Below the pieces are notes generated by a model, which had not been told where the DNA came from, made no database searches, and was given only the letters and a program-made list of their open reading frames with translations. This document shows, one piece after another, positions 40,666-54,516 of a stretch of 64,000 nucleotides of DNA; the first letter of the stretch is position 1, and every line of letters starts with the position of its first letter. The position numbers were made by a program, and so were the translations under genes. Origin of the DNA: Balanoglossus misakiensis (Eukaryota; Animalia; Hemichordata); contig CM082584.2 of assembly GCA_040954595.2 (NCBI GenBank), positions 13,199,337 to 13,263,336 of the forward strand, in the 5' to 3' direction.

Positions 40666-43600
40666 ATGAATGTTAGAACACTACAGAGTCGACCCCGATC
40701 TAAAACATGGGGAAGCACTGATGCTCAGAGCGAAGGTACAGTTGTTGACGACGTACCCCCATCGCCATCATCGCCTTTATGTAAACTTCCCGGTAATTCA
40801 CTAGCTTCTTGGCTTGCTGCTTGTGCATGATTCCCCCAAATAGGTCCATGCTAACATGTATCATTACCACCGTTGCACCATGTTTTGCTTAGCTCTGTAG
40901 TTAGACCACTGTTGTTGTTTTCCGGTCGTGTTTACTATGTTTACGCAACATACATCACAGTTCATTTCAGCTTCGGACGTATTGTTCTATGTTCATATAT
41001 ATCGACAATGGCCGGATGTGAGTGAACACAATGAATGTAAATGTACTTATGGAATCAAAGGGGGATATGAAAGATAGACTAGTGCGTTTTTCACTTGTCA
41101 AGTTTATTTTGTGTGGAGAAAGATACCATATTGCCACTGTTGGGATCATGTTTGAAAGTGGCATGGATGGGAAAACGCCTCCGTTGCGCAGACAGCTCGT
41201 GCATCATGGCCTGACCGGCTTGGATGACGTACTTGGCATGGTCAATTGTTTACCTGTCACGTGGTTTCCATATAGTGTCCTTGTTTTCATTGCAAGGTTG
41301 CTTTCTCTTGGGGAATAGTAGGATTTGAGGTCGTGGGGTGGACATACAGATCGCAGAATACAAGAGAATACTTCTGATCTGAATTTCCACCAGGGGGAGT
41401 TCACCAGGGAAAGTTAGACCACTCTTGATGGAGAAGCTAGAACAAGAAGTTAACTGCAGGCAGTTGGAGACAGTATAACAGATCTCATGGTTAACTGGAG
41501 CACCACAACCATGTCCCTGGAAAGCGTGATGACACATTTTGTCGCTTTTGATGAAGGTTAACTGATTTTAAATTTTAAATCCGTAGCAAATCATTCTTGA
41601 AAGGCAAAGGGAAAGCTAAATCTGTTTGACAGAACACCCAGTACACTTATAGTATTACCGGTAGTGTAGCTTTCCCATTTGACCATGGAGGTAGTCCTCC
41701 TTCCTATTACCCCATTCATCAAGTAGAAGGGAAGAAGGGTTTACCCTTCCAGCATAGGGTTGCTTATTATTTTCCTGAGACTTGTCAACAAACTCTTAAT
41801 TGTTTCTCGTTTCATTTCCATTTTATTGAGTTTTTGAGGACAATGTATGACTTCACTGAAGTCCAGACAGTGATTCAAAATGGTTTCCCAAGGTCAGCTA
41901 CAAAAGACTTGACTATAAAGTTCAAATCTGAACAATAAACATATTGCCCATCTTGGTTATTATTACCATGTGTGAAATACATGTGTAATTTTAATGTAAA
42001 TTTTTCCAAGCATCTCCTACTGTTGTGTAAATCACTTGTGTCACCCTTTCTTGGCTTTCTGAAAATGGCGGGATCACTATTAGATTGTTGGCTAAGACAC
42101 AGTCATTCACACCTTTGAAAAATTCCAGCATGGTTATTGTGTTGTTGCAAGCATCTGTTTACTGTCTTTTGTATGTATTTGTGTTTGGTACCACCATATG
42201 CATAGGAGTCCCCTTCTTGTTTCTGTAGTGTACAGTACACCACAGTCCCTGACTGAGTACAACATGGGCACACGACCACATGCTACTCTGTCTTCCATAT
42301 GCAAGGAGCAGCAGCAAAATGCGTCTACCAAAGGTTATCATCGTCCATTTGCAGATATCACCACTCACAAGAATGTTTTGATCATGATAACTTAAGGAAA
42401 TGTCTACTTGAGTTTATTCTAATGAACATAACATTGATTGAGAACCTTCTGCATTGTTTGTATTCCACAGAGTTTGAAGATGAAGACTTGGACCCACCAC
42501 AAAGTTATGGCAGTTTCAGTCGCCGGACGACAAGAAGGGAAGATTCTTTGCTGTCGGGATCTTCCATTAACTCACAGACCTCAGTGGAGGACAGGGTCAG
42601 GAGGAAACTCAAGTTTTTCTTCATGAATCCTTGTGACAAATACAGAGCGAAGGGAAGGAAGCCATGGAAATTGATGTTACAGCTTTTTAAGATTGGACTT
42701 GTCACCCTGCAGGTAAGAGGTTGTGGTGGTGGTGGTGTTTCAGTAGAGGGCACATTCCATTTCAGAACTGACTGTACATGTACATATCTACTCCCGTATG
42801 TCAGTGAACAATATGGCCGCATACTGTATTGACACAATTCTTCAGAAAGGCTGGCAAAATCCACTAACACTGTCCGAGGTATCTCTTTCTTCTATTCCAG
42901 CTGGTTCTGTTTGGGTACCACCAATTCTCTGTGATCAACTTCCAACAGCAGAACACGGAATCCTTTGAACATTTATTCCTTAAAAACTGGGATTCCAGTC
43001 TGGATAGCAACACCTACCCCAAGAGTGCTGGTTCCTTTGCTGTCTATGAAATCAGTGATTTCTACAGTCATTTAAATTTTACAATGACTCGGGTGAGTAT
43101 GCCAATTATTTTCATGGTTTTCTCAGACTCTGCCTTGCTCAGCAGGCTTGGAGTTATATTATTTTATTGGAATGGCTGCGGTCAAGTTATAATGTAAGAT
43201 TCTATACATTTACACCATGTATACTTTTACTTCTTACAGTATGTAAACATAGAGGATATAGCCATTGGACATTATCACCACACAGGCAACCTTTCCAGTG
43301 AATACTTACCACCCATGAAAGTATGCATCGTTGAATACAAAGCTCTGAGGTTAGAAGGTCAAAATTATACATTCAACCAAGATGAAAAGACAAGTAAGTA
43401 TGAAGATATAATTTCAGTTATGGATGATCTTTGTGATTTGACCTTGTATCTGTCTGTGTGTGTGTTTCTTGCATGCAGAAGATTACCAATGTAAGCTTAA
43501 TAGGGCTACCAAGTACCAAGCAGGATAATCTATTGTTTATTGATGCAGACAGATCTTTGTAGTATTGGTGCCTTGTTGCAATTTACAGGTCTTCCTTGTC

Positions 43601-46293
43601 AACAGAATTTGGTGTATATGCAAGGTCACATGATCATTCTTTCATGCACACAATAAATTACTGGTCGTTGGTATTTCAGCATGTGTAAACTTCACTGTTC
43701 AGAGGAACATCAGTATGGCAGCCTTGAACGAGACCATTCTGAATTTCTTCCCTGCAAATAATCTCACCATAACATGGAGAAAGTAAGTGTGTTCAAGACA
43801 ACATTTTCATTGCTGTTCTTTTCTCTAGATGTGTTAACTGTTGTGACAGAATGATAAAGCAAGCAAAAACTGTCAAAAAAACCCCAAAGCCATGCATTTA
43901 CTGCAGTCAAGAAACAAGTGACAGTCTAGATCATGAAGATAAAATATGCATACAGCAATTTCTAATACATGTATTATTTAAACCTAATAACCAATCTAAT
44001 AAATTCTCTATCAACTCTTTTACAGATTTGTATCTTTAACGGTGTCATTTGATATGAAAGCATTTCACATAGCCAATCCGCCTGATGTCTATATTTTCCA
44101 GTTCACAGTAAGTACTCTTGAAGGAAGAGGGGCATTGACATTTGATCTTTTGGTGCTGGTAAACAAAAAGATTTTGAACAGAAAAGGGAAGAAAAGTGTT
44201 GAATAGTAATACAAATCTTGTAATCTCATTTTTTCCACAATCTGCCAGATTTCCTACATCAATACAGGTCACACGGGTAAAGTGACAATAGGCCTTGATG
44301 GTACGGCAAGACTTGATGGTGCCAGTGCTGGAAATTATCATTCCAACAAAGGTATGTCCAGGCAGATTCATTTTTAATGTACAAGAATCATGTGATGTGA
44401 TTGGTCAACTTTCCCCATTGGCCTCGCTTTGAGTTCAAATTCATGATGGCTGTGTAAGGGCGCTAGGCTTATGAAAAGGGTCTTTACATTCTCCTTGTAT
44501 TATATTTCACAGGTGAACAGCTGAAATGGGCAGCTTTGATTATCTTTGATGCGGTCATCATTGTGATTTGTCTGATCTCTCTGATCCTCTGTGCTCGGTC
44601 ACTCATCAAGGCACGACTTCTGAAGAAAGTGAGTCTGTATTGTCAATTCCATCCATAAGTACCCAGTTTCTGTTTTTCACTTGGCCATTTTCACTTTAGG
44701 CAAAACTTAACATTCCAAAAGTAAAATCCCAATGTTTATTCCTTTTTTCCTTCCAGATGACGGTGAAATTTTTCAGGAATTATTACAACAAAGAGCTGTC
44801 ATCCCATGATAAACTGAAATTTGTAAATTTCTGGTATGTGACCATCGTTATTAGTGATTTCCTCGTCATATTAGGTTCAATATGGAAAATTCAACTAGAA
44901 AACAAGGTAAGCCTTAATTTACTTTTAATATATTTTTAAACAGACAAATATTTACTATTGAGCATTTCTTTGAAGGGTTTTTATAAAGCCCTTAGTAGTG
45001 ACAACCAATTGACCAACTGACCGATTTTTTTTCTGTACAGATTGCAGACAACTATGATGTGTGTAGTATTCTGCTTGGCACTGGATCTCTTCTGGTGTGG
45101 TTCGGTGTTATTCATTACTTGGGATTCTTTCCCAAATACAATGTAAGTATTCAGGTCCCCACCTCTATTCCCCACCAACGAACTCATATGCAAAGGAACA
45201 TGATCCTTTGATCATGGGTCCACTGCTTTCGTCTGTTGACCCTGACATAATGATGCGAATATGTTTCTGGCAATCATAGTGTCCCCATTTTAATCTAATT
45301 GTTTTCTTTTCAAACAGATTTTAATTGTGACCATGAAAGTTGCTGCACCGAATGTTCTTCGATTCATGGTTTGTGTCATCGTCTTGTTCCTTGGCTATGC
45401 ATTTTGTGGATGGATTGTACTTGGGCCGTATCATCCAAAGGTTAGTCTCTCGTGTTGATTAAACTTTGAACTCCTTAAGACTCCAACAGCTTCTGTTAAT
45501 ATATTGCATCACATATAAACAGTAGAATTTGTATTTTAAAAAACCTCACATTACCGGGATAATCTTCTGGTTTCTTTTGATGTTTCAGTTTCAAGATCTG
45601 AACACAGCGTCTGAATGTATGTTTTCTCTGGTGAATGGTGATGACATGTTTGCCACGTTTGCCGAGATGTCCATGAAGAGTTACACCGTTTGGATTTACA
45701 GTCGTATTTACCTCTACACATTCATCAGCTTGTTCATCTATGTTGTTCTGAGTCTCTTCATCTCTGTGATTATGGATACCTATGAAACTGTCAAGGTCAG
45801 TTGAAAATGAATTTGTAGCTAGTTTCATTGCAATTATTTACCAGATGTGTAAAAAGTATGATCTACTTCTGATGACCACATCATTGGCAGAGAATTCTGT
45901 AAAAAAGTTCAAAAATATTAATTTAATATCTGGCTGTACAAAAAGTGTAACCTTTGACAAAATGGCTGCTTCTTGTTTATTTGAAGGAATACCAAAGGCA
46001 CGGTCGGCATGGTAACAAAGGTGACCTGGACAGGTTTATATCCGAATGTTCCGATGCACCAGAGTCTGGCAATTATCGTCTGGATGATGACAGCAAATGG
46101 TGGTTCTGTTGTTGTCCCACGTAAGTTCTCGTATTTAACTTCTTCATATCATCAACCTGACCACGTCGTGTTCAGCTTTTTTTCTGGTTATAAAAATAAC
46201 TGTCTTTCCTGCGTCTTTTCTTACGAATTTTCCTTTCATTTTTATTTTTGCAGGGGTGCACCATATGGGGAGTATGAACCATTGATTGATTGA
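40666..46293 (+). CDS. MCOLN: Mucolipin (TRPML) lysosomal cation channel
   Basis: Putative exon 1 is 40666-40792. Exon 42471-42712 has [33 protein letters not shown]5 exon 45318-45440 has [13 protein letters not shown]. Pore exon 45589-45795 has [13 protein letters not shown]. Tail reads WWFCCCPT|[12 protein letters not shown] (Cys cluster plus ExxxLI dileucine). Confidence 0.95.
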
Positions 46294-48179
46294 TTGATCC
46301 ATCAAAATTGATTGATTGGTAATCTTAGTGGCACAGTAACGCTCCTCCATGTGTCAGCCCAAAAACCTATCACAAAGTGAATTCACTGGAGTTGGCAATG
46401 TGAAGACATTTTCTGCATGCTTTGTGTGGTATCAGTGTCACGAAATCAGTTCTTTTTTTAAAACTTTTTCAAGAACTTGAACATTCAATGCAAATACAGC
46501 TTCAGTGTATAGAAATTCCAGAAAACTATTTACAATGTAAATTTGAGTGTTTTTTTTACTAGAGATTTTTGTATTTGTGCAATTTGTCATGCACTTTGAC
46601 TGTGTTTGTCAATTTTATGACAGAAATGTAAGAAGTTTCTTATTTGTGCGTCTTAGGCTGAGCAAGTCGTATACATGACCTTTGACCTGTGGCTGCTATG
46701 GCAACTCATGTGTGTTTCCTCTCACTTATTTTTGGTGAATTTTTTCTTGATGTTTTGGGAGCTACTGGAGGAAATATTAACAATTTTGCAAGTCTTTCAT
46801 TTTAATGTCATTGTCTATTTTGGATGTAATTTTGGTAGTCTTGTGATACTATTACATGTATATGTAGTTGTCAAGTCTTTAGATTTTTGTTTTCAAATGT
46901 AGTTTATTTACTTCAGGGAGCTGAGCAAAAAATATGTGTTACCACACTTGTGAAAAATTGTCAAAGTAGAACCTATTTAAACTTGTTTCTGGGTATTTAC
47001 CCCTTTTTAGCTCAGTAGAATTTTAACCAGAACAAGTTTAGACTTTTATTCAGTACCACTGTGAAATTGTATAACTTTAGCAGTATATTGACGCTGTGTC
47101 GAACCACGAAGATGTGTTCAATTGTGTGATCATAGTTTCAAGGCTGAGAAGTCTTCCATCAAATGGAAATGTTACTGAAGCTGCTTGTTTTCATATTTCC
47201 ATTTGACATTGAACCACATGTGACTGAAATATGGTATCCCAGTTGAAATAATGTTTCATCATTTGTTCAATGGAAGAATGTGTTGAGTTGATTTTCACTG
47301 ACAAAGATGTACCTCAGGTAGCAAGAATTTGAGAAGATTTTCAAATTTGGATGCAAAATTTACAGTGGTACTCTTGAATCATGGATTTTATCATAGAAAG
47401 TGACCGTGGTTGCTTTTATTTTGGCTGAGAGGCTGGACAGTGTTGAATAATCTGTGAAGTCAAGGGGTGTTCTAGGGTCAATTGCCCATGAAATGTTTCT
47501 GCAATAAAGATAATTCTAATTTCAGTTTCAGTGAATGCATTGTATCTTACTTCTTGGGGGATTGACATCAAGTAAGGGTTTTTAGAGGTAGTGGATGTAT
47601 GACCTCTCTGACACTAAAGACTGAAAGATATTTCATAAAATGCCCTCAAATATTTGATTTGGACATGTAGTCAGAGGGACACTTGTACTGAAATATAACT
47701 CAACAACTATCAGATTTAATAATGTGATTTAGTATGTCCAGATTGTCGTCAGCACTTGTCTTCGGGTTGTGCGCAGTGCATTGTGGATCCGGTAGATGGA
47801 CCAACGCCAGCATAAAATCTAATTAGCTTATTGTTTGTTTCACCATATAAAATTTCAAAGTCTCCGGTACATGGTACAGATAACCACGGTGGAGTGTGAC
47901 CATGAGATAACCCCAGGTCAGTCACGTGAATAGTTTAAGGGACACGTACTACATTCGCAGAAACTATTTACAGAACACTCATACATTTTCCTTGTGGACT
48001 AAAAGATATCTCATGTCTCAACCCCAAGACGAAAGGACCAAACCCATGGATATGTGGTTATAAATAATCCTGTGGACTTTGAAACAGATGCTTGCTTGGT
48101 AGACGTACGGTTATCAAATTCTTACGGAACTCTGATTTCGGTGACAGTGGTATCATCGTTGTTATGTTTTGTTGCTGCT

Positions 48180-49878
48180 ATGTTACTATCGGCTGCACGG
48201 TTATCATCTGAAGCAATTGTCTGCCTTATTTTGCTGTCCCATCTCATGAAATCGGGTCAATGTATCTGTAAGTAAACTTCACATGCTATTCAAACAACAT
48301 ATACAAATAGTCGGTCTAGCAGAAATGTTTTCACTATAACAAAGTTTGTCAAACTCTATGAATTTATACTATTCCGAATTTTTCTGATCTGGAAGACGTA
48401 GATTTTTTTTTATTTCTGGTGGTGACAATGTTCACGTGCTATACTTTTATTTTAAATGGTTCTTTTATTTTAAATGGTATGGTATTCGGCCGTTTTCCAG
48501 CAGTAAAAACAGCACCTATTTTTCTCAGGAGTGGGTTAAGATCAACAGGTGGTTAAAACCAAGATTGGGATGACTGCGCAAAGCTGTGATTTAATAATCG
48601 TTGTCGTATGAGTCTCTGAGCTGATGTCAACGAAAAAAGATTAAACAAATACACATATTTATCTTCGAAAGATAACTGTGGTCAGTTATAGGTCGACTAA
48701 TGTTAGTAACATAGGAATGCATGCCCGTCCCAACGCATGTGTAGAGTGACCTATGACCTGGGTCAAGCTCAGGTCAAGCTATCACCTGACATATATGTGA
48801 CACCCTGATGCCAAATAAATGTTTCTCCAAATCCAATATAGATTATATGACAGACTTTTGCAACCAAACAATCTCATCGCACGGTGACAGACTCCAGTCC
48901 CAAGAGGCTGAAACCTATGAGAGTAGCTTAGAATGTGTTGTAACTCTGCAAACCGAAAACGAGAAGGAATACATCTCCATCGATGTAAGTAAATCGTCTA
49001 CGTAATAATATTGTATTGTAAACTCTGAGACCAATCGAAAACAGTTTTATCGATTTACGATTACTAATACTTGGGACATTGAAAAGCTTACCGGTTCAGC
49101 CTGAAGTTTTTTGTGTTCTCTTCATTGTCATTAAATTGACCTCCTATCTTCCCCCTAGTACGAGTGGTATGAACTGGAAAAGGTGGAGACAACCTGTATC
49201 GATTACCTGATGATCTATGACGGCCTCAGTTTACATCCAAACGATATATTGCACTGGATATGTGGGCAGGAAGACGACCCATCAACGTCCACCATGTTTT
49301 CCACCGGAAATATTCTGACGCTGAGATTCTTTACAAATACCTTCATCAATGGAAGAGGATTCTCACTGATATTTACAACAATAAAACGTAAGTTTTATCC
49401 TTTATTATTGATTCAAATGCTATTTCGTTGTGAGATCTGTCTTGCTAGAATACAAATCGATGTGATACCTCATCTATCGTGATTTTCTGTCAAATATAGA
49501 GGGGGATTGCATCGGTGAAGGCGTCTATTATTGTGACAATAACAGATGTATTGATTCATCTGTGGTCTGTGATGGAATCAACAACTGTAGCGACGAGTCG
49601 GACGAGTGGTACTGCGATGAAGATCCGAGTAAGTTGATCTTTAGATGAAAGTCTTAGTGAAGAAATTAGTTCAAGTTTTGTTTTAAGTTTGTTGTGTTCA
49701 CAGACGGTTTTGACAGTGTTAACGTAAATCAGTGTCGTTGAAAGCGTTTTCACGTCAACCTTTATTTCCAGATCTCGTTGGGTTGTACGTGTTTCTTGCG
49801 CTGGCTGGGGTTCTTGCTCTTGCGTTCGTGGCTCTTGGCATATTGCGTGTGACTACCCGGAATCGCCAATCTACATGA
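48180..49878 (+). CDS. CUB + LDL-receptor class A single-pass membrane protein (LDLRAD/NETO-like architecture)
   Basis: Signal exon from 48180; CUB exons 48842-48984 and 49159-49387 (CIDYLMIYDG..ICG..STGNILTLRF..GRGFSLIFT); LDLa exon at about 49500-49628 (YYCDNNRCIDSSVVCDGINNCSDESDE); TM exon at about 49773-49878 with a short tail. Confidence 0.85.
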
Positions 49879-51050
49879 TCCAAGTGGTTCTGAAGAAAGT
49901 AATTGCTACGTCATCGTCTCCAAGAATAAATGCTTTCTCCTGAAGAATTGATTAAGAACACGTCAAGTATGTGATGCTGTCGTAGTTCAATTTAATTAAG
50001 ATCTATTTGAATGTGACATTTGAAATAACTGCACATATGCACATAAATGGCGCAAAGCTCTGGTATAAACAGCTGGTACGAAAATCGAACGTGTACGAAT
50101 AAGAAGGGGAGAGAGAAGGAAAAATACTGGCTAGATATAAAACGGCGATACCAATTGCAACTGTTTATAGATGTCCAGAAGCAAAGCTTCTTTACAAATA
50201 CCTTCATCAATGGAAGAGGATTCTCACTGATATTTACAACAATAAAACGTAAGTTTTATCCTTTATTATTGATTCAAATGCTATTTCGTTGTGAGATCTG
50301 TCTTGCTAGAATACAAATCGATGTGATACCTCATCTATCGTGATTTTCTGTCAAATATAGAGGGGGATTGCATCGGTGAAGGCGTCTATTATTGTGACAA
50401 TAACAGATGTATTGATTCATCTGTGGTCTGTGATGGAATCAACAACTGTAGCGACGAGTCGGACGAGTGGTACTGCGATGAAGATCCGAGTAAGTTGATC
50501 TTTAGATGAAAGTCTTAGTGAAGAAATTAGTTCAAGTTTTGTTTTAAGTTTGTTGTGTTCACAGACGGTTTTGACAGTGTTAACGTAAATCAGTGTCGTT
50601 GAAAGCGTTTTCACGTCAACCTTTATTTCCAGATCTCGTTGGGTTGTACGTGTTTCTTGCGCTGGCTGGGGTTCTTGCTCTTGCGTTCGTGGCTCTTGGC
50701 ATATTGCGTGTGACTACCCGGAATCGCCAATCTACATGATCCAAGTGGTTCTGAAGAAAGTAATTGCTACGTCATCGTCTCCAAGAATAAATGCTTTCTC
50801 CTGAAGAATTGATTAAGAACACGTCAAGTATGTGATGCTGTCGTAGTTCAATTTAATTAAGATCTATTTGAATGTGACATTTGAAATAACTGCACATATG
50901 CACATAAATGGCGCAAAGCTCTGGTATAAACAGCTGGTACGAAAATCGAACGTGTACGAATAAGAAGGGGAGAGAGAAGGAAAAATACTGGCTAGATATA
51001 AAACGGCGATACCAATTGCAACTGTTTATAGATGTCCAGAAGCAAAGCTT
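49327..51050. repeat. Tandem duplication, 2 x 861 bp, identical by eye
   Basis: 49327-50187 is repeated at 50188-51048. ORFs 49556-49753 and 50417-50614 are identical. There is 2-bp TT microhomology at the junction. Confidence 0.95.
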
Positions 51051-51104
51051 GCTCTCTGTAACACGAACATGACTCTAACACAATCCGTCCGCATACTGTA
51101 GGTC

Positions 51105-51248
51105 TTATGCATTGTCGTTGTTCGTTGAGCTCTGGTTGACCAAATCTTTGTAAACTGGTTCCTGGACGATGATGGTTTGCCTGTTTGATAGAAAGACAGA
51201 AATAAGCAATATGGCGTCTTCACTCACAGCATTTGTACACAATTGGCT

Positions 51249-51339
<91 letters not shown>

Positions 51340-53135
51340 ACTATAAATACGACTATAGAGTTACTTACATTTTCCTCCATACTATAGTGTAGAATATGAC
51401 CACCATCCCGATCAGTATCAATAAATTCACCAGTGATAAGGCAAGTACAACTACTACAACTCTTTCGGCAGTTTCTGCAAATAGAAGAGAATTATGATCA
51501 GTCTTCTAGTAAATAACTCAATAATGATTACAGAAGCCGGAAGATCTGCGCTCAAAACTTCCTTTGTACATGATCCCATGGCTTATATAAAAATGGTTCA
51601 CTCATTACCTATTACTTTGGCTTTTTCTACCATGTCGACGTCTGTTTGTACTACAGCGTTTGGGGTTTCATGGTTATAAGACGCTGCGGCCTGGGTCGAC
51701 GTCACATCGGCGATTTTATACTTCTTTTTCTTTGTCCGGTTGTCTGTCAGTTAACAACAAAAATCACCATGACAACCGGTAAACTCACTGCTCAAACATA
51801 GTGAAATACAAAAACACGTCCGGTCAAGGAAATATAATGATTGCATGGCCTATAAGGCAAATCTTGGGATGACGATTGTCACGGTTTCACAATTGAACAC
51901 AGTTTTATAAAAGGGAGACCATGGTTGTACTTTAATTTTGAACTGTACACCACCGTTTACCTTCTGTGTATTGGCATATGTATCCTTTCATAGAATCACA
52001 CAGGTCATCTTTCCAACGGAAGTTGTTGTCCTGTCTGTCGGGAAAACAGAGGTATATCATGAAAATGATAATTGTGTCTAACTGTTCAGTATAAAAAGTG
52101 TATCTTGATGTGATAATTAAAATGGTCTTACGAAAGTTCGGCACAGTGTTGGTTGCCTCCACATCGACGACTCCCCTCACCGTTGTTCGGCTGTCCTTTC
52201 GCCCAGTTGAAGTATCTCAAGAATTCCCCATCTTCGGTGCGCCAGTGTCCTTCCTCCCCGATGTCTTGGGCACTGAACCAAAAGTCGATGTGATTCAGTT
52301 GATGGCGCTCTTTTATGAGGAACACAAGATGAGTCTGCGTAATGTTGTCCGTGATTTTAGCCAACGTTCCCCCTTTTTCGTTGCAGATATCTCGAGCATT
52401 GTACCAAGTCTCACAGCCAGCAAATATGTCATATCGAACCCATTTGTCTCCTGTAAAAACATAACGTAATATCAAAGCTTTACCACAAATATTAATAATG
52501 CATTCCATGATTCCAGGATGGGAAAGGCGTGTCATCTCCTCCTGAAGTACATTTGTAGAAACATTTCAAATACAGAGATCCCAAAGTCGAAAATGGATCG
52601 TAGCGCATACTCGTCTCGGGTACAATAACCTCGCCACTGCATTTGCAAAGGTCAAATAATGGTAAGCAGACACTGATCACTTCGGATTGTAAATGGAGTT
52701 ATAATTAAATCGCGCCATTCCATTAAAAATGTCTGTGCTATTAGAAGATAAAATCAATTGAGTGTAGAAATTGATACAAAAATCCTCTTAAAAGTATTTT
52801 GAACACATTTTAAATAATATAATAGTTTTTTAATCAGGTTGCGTTCAACCCTATAGCAACTGTTCACCATCGAGAGTAATACTAGCCTCTGGTAAAAGAC
52901 GCGAAGAATTTCCAATTATGTGTACAACATCCAGTCTTTCTATTTCGGGTATGTCTTATCCCTTCATACGATGGCTTCCCAGTTATACGTCTTGGTGTAT
53001 ACGGTCAGATACAAGTAGATTTGTTTCTTCTTTTTCCCTTTTTATATACTAGACAGCTAATAAGGTATGTGATTGGGCCTTACCTGTTACTAAGGCGACG
53101 GCGATCAAAAGCAAAAAAGCTGAAAGTTTCGCCAT
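51105..53135 (-). CDS. Type I transmembrane C-type lectin domain protein
   Basis: Signal exon 53084-53135 (MAKLSAFLLLIAVALVT); possible 21-nt exon 52868-52888; CTLD exons 52132-52451 and 51961-52034 (WYNARDIC..FWFSAQD..YFNWAKGQPNN..QHCAEL..WKDDLC..YICQ); stalk 51608-51743; TM exon 51369-51474; tail 51105-51180 with YKDL. Confidence 0.85.
51253..51339. repeat. (GAT)29 microsatellite, intronic in the C-type lectin gene
   Basis: Uninterrupted GAT run between the lectin TM exon and tail exon. Confidence 0.95.
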
Positions 53136-54516
53136 CTCGATGATAGACAGAACGCCTTGTCGTCTACTGCTCACAGAAATAGTATAGTTTGACAAAAACA
53201 ACAAGTGGTACGAAAGCTATGTGTATAGTATTACACTTGGATATATTTTTCAATATCTCCGACCTCGTATTTTAGGAACTGACATTTTATATCTAATTTG
53301 TAAGACTACGGGGAGTCGGTTCAAACTAAATGCCTGCCGTTTGCCGAGTGTTGGTGAAAATATCGAAAGACAAATCTGAGTAAAGACTCATGCTATCAAA
53401 ATCAACATGGCATATCACATTTGAGAGCAATGTATGCTTTCCGATTTATCTGTTGGAATATATCGGCGTTTTACGCATTAACTTATAGGCCCTAATTTAC
53501 GAATTTTCTTTGCAGCATATCCCTTGGATATGCATTGTGTGTAACTTTATGCAACATGCAACGAAGATATGTAGGTATGTGTTGAAATTGGCCGTTTGAT
53601 CCCAGTCGTAAAACCCAGCCTATTTTACGTTATTCAGTAAATACACGAAAGTGTTGAATCCAGGCAGACCTGGAATCCGGATGCTTAAGAGGGGTGTATC
53701 AAGCCCCGAATTTACACTGATAGACGACAGACAAGTGGTATTTTCGGTCGATCGATAGTTCTTACGTCCGTGCTTTGACAAACATGTGAAGGAGACAATT
53801 GTCCGCATGTTTCATGAATAGGTCTAAAAGAGACCAGGCCCGCTGGGCAAACTTTTCTTTTGAATGTTGCACAACTCAGACAACATGCGAGACAATATAA
53901 AACGGCCACAGAATAAAGGGCAAGGTATCTTGTATGCAGAGAGGACACCAAGTGGTAGCGAGACGGAAAGAAAAACTTGAAGGTGGAATAGCCTCATACA
54001 CTTTTTTTTCTCAGACGTGGTCATGATTATTTTGTAAAATCGCTCTTTTCAAGTTTTTTAAAAAGTTAGGCCTATATACTGCTTTTTCAGTCAGGCAACC
54101 GGACAGGTAGGCAGAGAAAGAGATGGATGGATGGAAGGAAGGATAGGCAGATATTTTTAGATAAATGAATCCGGGGAAATAAATCGAAGCGGGTTAATGG
54201 GGTGTGGGAAACGAGACGGGAGAAATTTGACGAGTGTAGGGAGAAGGTAACGGGACTCTATCAATTGTATACCTGTACTGAAATAGAACAGCTTATTAGC
54301 ATATTATCAATGAAAGTGACTCAGTTCGCACGTGTGCCAATCTCTGCTTTGCGGACACGCCCACCAGGTGTATTTATCTTCTGGTGTGTCGTGTATCGAC
54401 ATCATTTCTGCTGGCGACCGGAGCGCACGGTTTCACTTATCGTGCCGACAAATTCCCACCCATTCGTCGGCGAGGCTTCTGTTTTTAAGTGAATGCTACC
54501 CGGTGCAGTTACAAGG

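Noticed and set aside
51105-51387. Poly-Ser and poly-Asp ORFs
   Set aside because: Produced by the intronic (GAT)n microsatellite. Only 51105-51180 on the minus strand is a real exon.
52452-52484. 33-nt GT-AG segment within ORF 52128-52535
   Set aside because: Too short for a normal intron. The ORF's N-terminal extension is more likely intronic sequence.
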